From: Amphiscolops sp. MND2022
Lineage: Eukaryota
Assembly (NCBI GenBank): GCA_964187785.1
Contig: OZ076409.1
Coordinates: forward strand, 18,850,001-18,914,000
Direction of reading: 5' to 3'
DNA: 64,000 nt
This document shows positions 38,201 to 50,200 of the stretch, piece after piece. The notes below the pieces were generated by a model. That model saw only the letters and a program-made list of their open reading frames with translations, was not told where the DNA came from and made no database searches. Position 1 is the stretch's first letter. Every line of letters begins with the position of its first letter. The translations under genes and the position numbers were made by a program.

Positions 38201-41200
38201 CCACTCAGGCTCAACCGTGTATTATCGGTCCACTTAGGCTCAACCGTGTATTATCAGCCCACTCAGGCTCAACCGTGTATTATCAGCCCACTTAGGCTCA
38301 ACCGTGTATTATCAACCCACTCAGGCTATTTTACATGTAATACGATAGACCAGCTGTCCGACATACTCCGGGGTCGAAATCCGTACTAGCGAAGAGCGGG
38401 GTAGCAATATATCAGGCTGCTTCAGGTTGTTTGGCTGACCGGCCAAACGAAGTGAATCTGCAATTTCGATAGTACGGTGTCTGATGCGGGATGCCAAAGC
38501 AGCAAACTGTTCCCTAGATTTCAACTCACTTTGTGTGTCGCTAAAATGGCGCACACTTCGGTCAAAGTTACTTTTTTGGCGGTTTAGTCATCTCATTTTT
38601 CATATTTCATCATCTCTCCTTTTCCGGGGCCTGACTAAGTGTTGACCAATACCGTTTTTCCTACTTCGGTACTGAGAGTTCATCAAGAGTACTTTTTCTC
38701 AGCACGACTCAGTCCTGGTTCTACCTTCTTGTCAATTATGACTAGTAGTTAAACTTCGTTTTCGGTTAAATTTAAGGGGAGGTGTTGCTGACTCAAATTT
38801 TCCCACTTTTGTAAGAACGACTTGAACTTCGTCTTACTGATTGCCATTTACACTTTCTGTCGGGTCTGTTTTTCCCACAAGGTCCCTGACAACTCTCTTC
38901 AGCTAAATATGACTGAAGGAAATGATTTCCAACATCTTACAATGACTTAAAATGCGATTTTAATTTATATTCAAAAAAGTCGATTTTCGTGTTACAACAT
39001 TGAAAGGCAAAAACTAGGTGTTCTGATCACGGGGGGCTAAAACCATTCAAAAGCACAATTACAGGGCTACAAAAGCTTACTCTTCGGTCAACTTTCTATT
39101 TCAACTCCTTTATGGTGAGAAACGTCCGTAATGTTTAGCGGTCAAAAATCACCAATAAATTTTCACGCAAGTCTCAACTTTGGAGGGCTTGTACTCATTC
39201 AATTTGAAAGATACAGGCTGGGGGCCTATATACATCGTTAGCCCAAGCCATTAGGAAGCTGTTGCACTCTAGATGCTTTAGATGAGGTCTCTAGCTTGTT
39301 TCAACAAAATTCGGTGACGCTTTTTCTGAAAAGGGTCATTTTTCGATTTTTCGTGACCTGATCTCCAAATTTAGAGGTCAATATCTCAACACCTTGTCAT
39401 TTTTCGGAAAAACTCTCCTGCCAAACGCTATGCGCAAGACTCTTGTGCGTCTACCCTGAAAGTTTCAGCTCGATAAAGTTCAAAACGTGCGGGGGGGGGT
39501 TAGCATTTTGGTAAGTCGATTCCAGTACTGACAACAAAAATTCTCTATTTCAATTCTTGGGGGATTCTCGCTAGCGCGCTGCAGCACTCTTTTTACCATT
39601 TCATTCACTCATCCACTTCAATTTTCAAATATGCCGCAAAGGGGGCGGCTATTGTGCGCCTATTCGTTGAGCACTAAGCGATAACACGCGAAAAACGGCT
39701 ATTTAGGCCATTTTAAGACCTTTTTTAACGTTTGCTGGGTCACATCTCAAAAACTACGGAATATTCTTTATTTTCCATTTAACAAAAGTTAGGACATTCA
39801 TTTATCTTTAATGTAAGCTATATCCAAACACTTTCTGACAGCTCTAGCGATTACACGAAAATTTTGAAGAAAACTCGTTTTTGGGAAATCGTCAAATTTT
39901 TATAAGTATTTATTTTCAAAGCTTCCCCCAAGTATGTTCCTGTGGTCGCACAAAGCTCAAATTTTCAACTAAAACTTTCCTTTAGACGGGCTGTCGAAGA
40001 CTGAAAACTGTTTGTTGCTATCTTTTTTCATCTTCGAGAAATCGGGTTTTGAATTTTAATTTATATTAAGAAGGGGAAGTAATTCAAAGTGTGCGGCGGC
40101 CGTTTTCTTATTAGCTACGCGTACAGCCACTCACAGCGCATTCTAATTTTCATTCCGTTCGCTTTCTGACACGCTTTGGTGAGTTGTATTCATATGCTCA
40201 TAGCACACTCTGCGAAGTTTCACTCTCGCTAACCCTCAAATACATGTATTAACATAGCAATTTGACTAATTTCTGTTCATAGCAAATTATGACTTTTAGT
40301 GAAACTTCTGTTGAACCTCATTCCTCAAAAGTTTCTAAAAGTTTACTCAACACGTAGTCAGGTCAAAAAGGGACGTTTACGTGGTTTAATTTTTCTTACA
40401 TTCGCAATAGGTATCGAGAAATTCAATGTAAAAGTTTCGTTCCGATTAGAATTTTCTTACATAGGTTTAGGTGGTGGCGGCCGTCTTACTGCATTAATAC
40501 GTTGTGTGGCCGCTTGCTAGCAGCTACGAATAGTTATTTTGGTTGTCCGCGGGACTTAAGACAATATTATTGACATTAAACAATAGTGCGAGGTACTTGA
40601 AGTACTTATTGTAATCTTTACTTTTATACGATATCACCCCCGGATATTCTACCTTGCTGATGATATAAAATTTAATAAACACCATAACATGAGCAGAAAG
40701 TCAAAAATCCTACAATAACCACCATCCTTACAACTCTAATCTTCTACACCACACTCCCCTTTAATGAAAGCACCGCTAGCTCGGTTCTAGCAGTATTTGC
40801 AAACAATGAGTATATGTTACCTGTGAGCATGGATATGGTTGACGTTTTGCCTGCTCCGTTGTGGCCCAGGAAAGCGGTGATCTGTCCTTCAAACATTTTG
40901 ACAGTCACTCCTTTAACTGCCAGTTTCCCATTCCCGTATTTCTACAATCACAAACAAAAAAAATAAAAAATAAAAAATGAACAATGAAAGAAAGAAAAGA
41001 AGACAATCGATTTGTTCATATGTTAGTGATGAGTGGAAATTTAATACTTGACTTCTGAAAGGATCAGGAAAAATGTTTTTGACTAGCTAAGTGTCGTAGT
41101 TTTGATATTTGACTGTTTTTGTCGCTGACTGCTTTTAGGAAACTTGGTTAGATTTAATTACGGATTTCGAACCTGGAGAAAAGTTCTGTAAAATTGAAGC

Positions 41201-44200
41201 AAGACTGTATCGGGAGTGGTTGTTCATAGTTAATGCTGCTTACAGCGGTTTCTGAAAGGATCTTCTTGCATAAGTGTTGTTATCAACGTTTTTTCACGAG
41301 ATTTTCTTGAGTAAATTTATTTCAGTGAACTCAGTGAATTCTTTTCAACTTTTGGATTTCTATATCATTCAAATTTGAACAAAAAGTGATTTTTTTCATG
41401 GAAAATGCTGACCTTTGACAGATTTTTGATGAAGATTCCGACTTCCATGTCTCCGGGGTCCTCCTCAAATGCGTCTCCCTGATTTGCAGGAGTTGTCACC
41501 CTATCAGTCTCATCTGCGCCCTCTTTGTTGTTACCCCCTGAACATTCATACTTTTCATGAATTACATTATATTTATTATGCCTTTTCTTCATTGAGAACG
41601 AGTACTGTGCAGCCCAATATGGGTATCAGGTAGAGGTTTATCGGACAACAAGTCCAGTCCGGTATCCGGCCGAATTTCAGGAAAATGTCCGGCCGGATAT
41701 TATCTTGAAATAATAATAATCTTAAAATTTCGGAATATCTAACATAGCAAAAGTGTATTGGTATAGAAAAATTGAATTTGTGACTGACTGTGAATCAAAA
41801 TTCATCAAATTATGGCGGAGGGAAATAGTTTTTCACCGCTCTGTGGTAAAAGCCTGCTTTGTTTTCCGTAATTCTTATTGCCCAATTCTGAAAACAGCCC
41901 TTCATCCCTTACAATTGAAGATAATGTCCGGTCCTGCCGGTATCCGGCTTCAATCAGTCCTGTCCGGTTGTTCGGCCGGACGGAAATTTCCCTGTCCGGT
42001 GCACCTCTAGTATCAGGTCAATTTTTCCTAAGTTAAAGTCTCTGAAATTAGCCGAAATTAGCTGAAAATAGGGTATGTAGCGACTACCTATCGAGTGCAC
42101 GATTTCGAAAATTTCGATGAAAATTTCGTTCAAGGGACTATATCTCCTCTACTAAAGAGTCATATTCCGCCAGACGGCAGCGTGTCTTTATTCAAGTACC
42201 TGTCCACGGAATTGAAGAGGATTTGAGCAAGAGACTCGAGAGAGACCCCAACCGAACGAGAAGATTGCAGAAAAACACGGCCACTATCAGAAAAAGACTC
42301 AAATTTCTGCCAAAACGGACTGAACTTTGTTCTAACCAGTGCTTTCTTCAGCGAAGCGTTACAAGACGCTGTGATTACCAAAAATGAGTCAATTAGCTTG
42401 ACCAAGCATCCGTGCTTGTGTCCCCGGCTAATTGCTGCCTCAAAAGTGCTAATTATGTAGTAATTTTCGTATTTTCTTGTTGTAACAGCTCGTGAGCTAC
42501 TCATTTCAATCTCCTGTGTAACTTCGATAAAACTTGATTTTTCCTTTCCACCACTTGCATTTTTTAAAGGCTGTCTAAGTGTTGATTTCGAAGAAAAAGC
42601 GTAATGCGCACTACTGATAGCAATTACAGACTGGATCAGGCCGGCGAGCACTTCACAAGAAGCGGAATCCTCCTCTGACGGGACAGTTTTTACCCGAAAG
42701 AGGCAAAATGAGCTCATGGTCATGGGCGCCTGTCCCGGGCAAATACCCATATCATGTGTTCCTCTAACTCTTATGGTTACGGCGACAATGGTGAGAGCTT
42801 GTCGTTACATAGAGACATCATTTTTTGGCGACCACAGAGGGATCGCTTCGAAGTGCTTCCCTTAATGGTTTTAAAATAGCCGACCCTCTGGTGATTGACG
42901 CCAAGTACGACCCGACTCTGATGGAAAGAAGAGAGAACCAGAGTTTTTCCACGTTTTTACCCTGTGTGTGTCATTGAAGATTTCAACCCCGGTGGATAAA
43001 GGTAAATCTTGTAAAAAAGCGCTGTATGTTGTGATTTTCATGCTTTTTTAGTAGTTGACAGGTAACGATTGAATTAGTCTACCCTCTTAACGGGTCACTC
43101 ATAATATTGGTCTAGCAAGCCGCTGGGAGGCTGCTAGAAGTGTTAACAGGTGTTTTCTAGCCTTTTTCAGCTTTTTATGACCAATGAAGTGAGTGTTGAG
43201 AAGAGGATAACCCTTACTCAGAGGAATCCTACAATCTGCCGAAACGAGTTATACGACTCACCGATCCCATTTCCCGTACAGGCAACCTAGAGAAATGAAA
43301 TTTGGTGGAGACGTACTACAAATGCTGACGTGTCTAATGGTGCAACCCGCTTGTCTCTGGCTGTTCTGGGTGATGAGCAAAAAGAACGGGAAGACACGAC
43401 TCGTCAGTCCGGGTTGTATGATATTTTTGAGTCAGGTTGAAAAATTTTTTTGGGTTGCTCAAAATTTTGTGTACGACCATTTGCCAATGTTTCTACGAGC
43501 CTTCTGTAACTAAGTGTGTGCTTTTGCACCAGTTTTGTGCGAAAAAAGTGCGTTTCCTCATGTATTTTCGACGAAAAGTGCCAAATTTGGCCATTTTGAG
43601 GCGAAACACCTACATGAGCGCGAGCGCTCTTGGTGCTAGCCACACACCTGCAGAAATTAAACAAAAGTAGCTCAGAACTCTAACGAGTTCGCAAAAAACG
43701 CGACGAAGTACTCAAAGTTGCCCGAAAAGGCACTTAGTATAAGTTTTGTGAGGAAGAAAACCCGTTTTTGAGAGATTGAACATTTTAGCACTTTGAACTC
43801 ATGGGGGAATTTGTGTGGAAGCTTTTAAACATCCCCGTATGGTTGCAATTAGGTTGGGGTACACCTGCCGGTACCCAACAATACTCATTTTGGTAATTAT
43901 AACCATTACTTCTTGAAAAAAGTTACAAAAACCGTGATTTTAAGGTTTTTCTATAGTACTCTTAGAAGAAACCCAACTTGACATTTGACGAACACTTCTA
44001 CGCTTAGAATAGCCCCCGGGCTATCATTTTCAGTTTATTCAGTAAATTTAACGATCCGCAGTGAAGACCGCATCCCGAAATTCCTTTCCAGTGCTGAGAA
44101 AAGTAGTAAAATACACTGAAGAACCTCCATTTTCCTAAAATCCGGACTGTCTCTGAGCTAAGATCGGACCATTGATTCTTGGACCTTAGCGAAAAAGTGG

Positions 44201-47200
44201 TTGTATTTCCATAACCACCACTAAAAATAACGCTAGTGCCGAAAATTTGGTGAACGTAACTTTCACCAAAATCGAGAAAAGTGCTCTAACGTTTCAACTT
44301 CAGAGGACTGTAAAACTACCGAAATAATCCAAAACTGAAGGACTGTCGGTGCCTCGTACTTAACGGGCACATCTATTCGAGGGTTTATTCTAGTGTTACG
44401 AGTAGTGGGGCAACACGTAGATCCCATTTTTTCAACCCTACCACTTTTTGAGGTGACCCTCTTAGCCAATTTGTGAAGAAAGTAGCCTAAGATTGTTTTT
44501 CTTTATGAGTGTTGTCCAAGTAAGGTCGAAACCTCAAATAAGCGTCCGCGCTTTCTTTTGATGGTCTCACCGGCATTGTACACACTCATCGGCTGTAACT
44601 ACAAAGTTTCGTGTCAATCCAACCTGTACTTGGTGAGAAAATAGAAAAAACGTACCACTCAAAAAGCTGGGCATAGAGGGTGATTTTTCAAATTTTTCCC
44701 GAGTGATCCGAGTACCTTAATTGAAACACAAGGTTGAATTGCAGTTCATTGCTACCATTTGTACCAGATATTACGTTGTTTTGCAAATTTTGAGCCCGCT
44801 AGCTTTTTTCAGTAGAGCACAATCTCGAAATAAGCATGAAAATTGATGTATTTTGATGACTGAAGGTACCGAACGTCCGGATCAACCTAAATCTTGAAAT
44901 AAAAACCCTAGCTTGGATTTAATTTTGCTATCGTGTAGTACACCTACCACAAGGTCAGGTGGCCAATTTTCAAGTGTTTCCGACGATTAGACGTTGCGTT
45001 CGAGGGATCTTAGTCATTTCCAAAGAAATTTAAAAAACTCAAAAATTGTCTAAAAACCCAATTGTTTGCGAATCAGCTATTCCGTAAGCCCCAAACGCAC
45101 GGTTTCCGGCCCCACACCACGGTATCAACACGCTGTGTAAGTTTCACGCCGGTACGACCCCTAGATCGATTTTTGACTTTTTCGAGACGTGCGAAATCAT
45201 GAAACCCAACAGTTTGCGTAACCTTTGGATTTCCATAACGAGAACATTAGGCCGCGCGAACACCCAGCGACGCTCTAATCATTCAAGAGGGGGGAGGAAG
45301 GACATCTCGCGATGCACTGAAACATCAAAGACACCAGATCCAACGGGGTGCGAGACAAACCTCAGTGCAATATCAGACTTGACCTCAGATCCCAAGGAGG
45401 AAGATTGGCCAACTGATGACAGTTTCATTATGGAACCCGATTTTTCAGACCCTATGTCAGACGACGCATCGGAGGAATATCAAGCCAAGCCGGTTGCCAA
45501 GACTACCGATGATATCGGAGGTTCAGCAGACGAAACAGGAAGTCAGGCGCACACGTCCAAATGGTTACAAGAACTCACCAAAGTAGCCGTCACACCTTTC
45601 GGTACTGACGAAGCAGGAACATGGCCCAACTCCAACAGGACAAACGCTGAGGAAGAAACTGAAATGAGTTGCTTGAATGCCACTGGACAACTCAAAGCTC
45701 CCAGCGTGGCCAGCGAGAGCACTGCGAACACGGCAGAGATATTGCAGCAAATGTCCTATGTCGGGGGTATGAACTATGCCAAGACACGTCTTCAAGAAGC
45801 TACAGCCCCCCGAGCATCTGGGAAGGGTAAGCAAGTACGGCCTCCAGCCTTACTAGCACAGACTGGCACTACAGGACCTCATGGCGACTCGCGCTCATCC
45901 TCACCTTCATCAAAAGCTGCATCTGCCCGATCTTCAGCATATCGAGCCGTACATGAAGCAGCGAAAGCACGCAAAGCTCTGTTAGATGCCCAGATAGGCG
46001 TGAAGCAAGCTGCTTCACAACTGTCTGAGCGTAAAGCAAGATGCGACAGAGAGCATCAGTCAATAATGGAAGAGATAGAAGCCGTACAAACTGAACTGCG
46101 AACTTCGACTGAGCGACAAGCGCAAGGACATGAAATTCAGGCAGCTCGAATGGATGCCATGGGTTATCGAATGGCCGAAATAAAAGACATGGTGACCGAA
46201 AGAGAGGTGCGCATGGAAGCTCAACTGCAAGAGGTATGTTCACAGATACAAGCAATGGGCACCATGTTGAAAAATATCCAACCTCAACCCGCACCAGTAA
46301 GCAACACTATCAAAGAATTGCTGCAAGACACTAATATATCACTGCCAAAACCCATGAAAAGCGTCTCCCTCAAACCAAAAGAGAGTGTGACGATTTCGAC
46401 AATCCCATCTGGCTCTAAACAACACTTGGCTAGGTACGCGCCCTTGCCACAAACTCTGGTCTCAAATGGAGAAGCTGCGTCAACATCGACGAAATTTATC
46501 CCATCTGCGGTATCAACAAAAAATATTCCACCCACAACCAAAACTCACAAGAAAGAACCAACATGCGAGGTGATAACTATCGACACTTCAAGCATGGGTA
46601 TTAGCGACCTGCGAGAGCCCACACGCGCAAACGTGCTAACCGAAGTCACTAGCACCTTCCAAACAGCAAATGCAACTTTGGGAGAATCAGCTGCAGAATT
46701 CCAAACCGCGAACGACGAATTACCCTCGGGCAACCCATGCGCTAGCAGTACTCGACGCCGAGAAGTGACTCTCCCCGAGAACACCGATGACTCCGTCAAC
46801 TCAACGCGAGGCAGCAGTATCCCGCCACCAGCTATCAGCGAAGAAACGCCTATATCACCGGAGCAACTCAGGTTTACCGAGGCAATATCTAAAGCCATGT
46901 CCAAGGAACTAGCACCGCTGATTGCTAATCGAGACAAAACTAGGGTGCGCCCTACGGTATACAAAGGCACTAAAGATGGTTCTGTCGATGGATGGCTCCC
47001 AGTGATGAAGCGATTTCTAGAAAGGGTGCATGCAAAATCCCCAAAAATCGACAGAGCCTGGGCTATCATCGACCACCTGGAAGGAGAGGCGAGAAATTAT
47101 ATTATCAACAAATCTGAACCTGAACGAGACGAGCCCGACAAGGTATTCTCTCTCTTGGCCAGCAGATTTGGAACCGGTGGGAATCGCATGCACGTAAGGC

Positions 47201-50200
47201 AAACCTTCATGTCTCGTGTCCAACAGGAAAAAGAAGATTGGATGCAATTCCTGGACGCATTAGAAGGTCTGCGCACCCAAGGTTTCCCAGATGAGCCTAT
47301 CACTACACGTCGTTATGAGATCCTGCAACGTTTTATAGATGGTGTCAATGATCCGACGCTGCGACAAGAGTTGGCCGTGGTATACGCTGCAGAGGCATAT
47401 CTGACCGAACCACCAACTGTAGAATCCCTAAGGTTCACCACGAGACAATTGCAACGGCATCGCCCAAACACGTCAAAACCTTACGACCCAAGGTATGCAA
47501 TGAGATCGAGGCCTCATCCTTTCGTGCCAGGAAAATTGATTCATCCAGCACCAGGCCTACCGCAAAACGTACTACCTCCTAACCAAGGACAACGAGAGGC
47601 TAAACCCCAAATGGCTCCACCAGCCCCTGCATCAGTAAAACAGGCTCCTGCACAACAGCAACCAGCGAGAGTGGTTCCCCAGGGAGCATGCTTCAACTGT
47701 GGGCTACCAGGTCACTTTGCAAGGGAATGCCCAAGTCGAGACCTAGCAAGGAAACCAGCGGCTCGCGCTGCACCTGAAGAGCGAGTAAACTTATGTGAGA
47801 ATAATGTGGCCTCTGCATGTTCTGGCCCCGTATTCTGTGTAAATTGTGGCATGACTGAACACTCTGCATCACAATGCCAAAATGTTCCAGTACATGAGGA
47901 TTTGGCCTACAGCCTCTGGGCTGAACAGCCACCTGCTTCTCAAACAATGAGTGACAGTGAAATGGTACTTATGCTTCGTCCTGCTGAAACCGCTCATGTG
48001 GCAACGCCCCTTACCGTCACATGTGGCAAGATTCAAATCCAGACGAACCCGGAGCCAACTACTTTTGATCCCTCGGGACGCACTATCATGTCTGTCCGAT
48101 TACTATTGGCGATTGAGAGGGAAACCCGCCCAGAACTCACCATAGACGCCCTGATAGACGAGATAACCGCAAACGAGAATTGCCGACAATTGACCCTGCC
48201 CCAACCGGAAGAATGGCAGGTAAAAGGTGTCACTTCGACGTATCATGCCTATTCTCCGATTCCAGTCAAAGTTTGCATAGATGGTGTTGACATGCGTTTT
48301 GGTGCCACTATCATTACTGACGCATTTCCTCCTGGAATCTGCTTGGGACCACAGGAGCTGCGCTGCTATAACATTGATGCTCAAGAACCAACTGGTGAAG
48401 CGAGAATCGATGAGCGTGCGTCGCTCGTAGTTTCATTCGTGGTTCCCGATGCTGCTCCCGTGCCATTACGTGGTCTGATAGACACTGGATCAGGAGTGTC
48501 CATCCTCACCTTCTCAGCCTACAATCGAGTCGCTGTGCGCACTGGGACACTCTTACGACCTTATGGTATTGACTTGTATGCCGCGAATGGGAAAACGATC
48601 AAAACTTTTGGTCTAGCGGAGAAAGTCAAGTTCCAATTGGGAGGCTACGAACTGGAAACTAACTTCGTGGTAGTTGACGACGCCATGGGAGTGGAAGACT
48701 TCCTCCTGGGCAGAAACTTCCTAAGAGCTTATCAAGTCTTGGTGGATCTAACCGCGATGAAGGTCATTGTCCGAGCTCCGTCTGAACCAGTGTGGTACCA
48801 TGCCCACACACAAGTAAGTAACGAATCACTCAATTCGTCGGTAGCGATTGCACAGGACGTAGTGTTGCAACCTTTTGAACGCGCAATACTACGCGCTAAA
48901 CTGCTTGTAGACAACTTAGAACCTTTCATATTTCGAACCGTGCTAATCAATTTCCAAACACCTAACCGAATGTTAAAAAACGCCATCTTTTTAGAGGACA
49001 CCGTGGCGACCGTGGGGGAGACTGGCTTCCTTTACGTCAGTTTAGGAAATTTTACCAGCAACGTGCAGCGGATTAAAAAGGGCACCCTTTTAGGAACCGC
49101 GGTACCCGTAACGATGGTTCACAAAGCCATCCCCCAAATTGTCCCCGGACAATCAAGTGAAACTCAGCAGTCAAATGCAAATTATGTTTGTAAAGTTTAC
49201 GAACAGATGAACCTTGACTCCTCTTCTGAATATAGTTCTTCATCTGAATTTGAGTTTTTGTCCTCTACCGAACCGTCAGAACTAGGCTTGTCCGAGCGCG
49301 AAGTAAAAAAACGAACCGATCCGGCGTTAATGGCTCCGATACCGGGCCCGGAAGCACAACTCGACGAAGTGCGCGGTTTGTGGGGATCGACCGCCAGCGA
49401 CACGCTTAGTAAACTTTTGAATGAATTTGATGATTTGTTTATGAAATTCAAAGCCGATATTGGTAAGTGTAAAATCGCCAAGCACCCGGTGGAAGTAGAG
49501 CCAGGGGCTGTACCCCACCGTGAAGGTGCAAGACGAATGTCGCCTGACAAGGCAGAACGTGCAAACCAAGAAGTCCGTGACCTGCTAGCTTTGGGAATGA
49601 TACAGCCTTCTCTATCCCCTTGGGCGAGTGGAATCGTCATGGTCAAAAAGAAGAGTGGTGAATTGCGATTCTGTTGTGACTTTCGACCACTTAATGAAGT
49701 GACCATCAAAGACGCTTATCCCTTGCCACGTATCGATGAAAGTCTATCCAGATTGGGCAAAGCCAAAATCTATACTAGTATTGACTTGGCATGGGCATTC
49801 TGGCAAATTCCTGTCCGAAAAGCAGATCGTCAAAAGACTGCCTTCGCTTGTGAACTTGGGTTATTTGAGTGGCGGCGTATGCCTTTTGGTATGTGTAACG
49901 TATCAGCAACATTTCAACGGGCAATAGCGCGAGCGCTACAAAGAATAGTGAACCGTGAAGGAAGTATGGTTATGGCCTACATCGATGACATTGTGATTGC
50001 TACCGAGACCATCGAGGATCACATGGATAGACTACGCGAAGTATTCCAATGCCTGCATGAGGCCGGGTTCAAAATGAGAGTCTCCAAGTGTGACTTCATG
50101 AAATCGGAGATCAAATATTTGGGCCGGGTCGTATCCGCAGATGGTATCAAGCCAGATCCAAAAGCTGTCACCAAGCTGAAAGAATGGGATATCCCGCGAA

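Noticed and set aside
38042..38327. CRISPR-like 29-bp repeats
   Set aside because: No unique spacers, no cas genes, eukaryotic intron context.
42160..42750. 196-aa antisense ORF in each giant LTR (also 60660-61250)
   Set aside because: No recognisable motif; duplication only reflects LTR identity; the related LTR at 8326-9113 has no equivalent ORF.
42678..42765. HDV-like or hammerhead ribozyme in the LTR
   Set aside because: A 7-bp P1-like pairing exists, but the P3/L3 consensus and the CUGAUGA/GAAA cores are absent; kept only as an unclassified motif.
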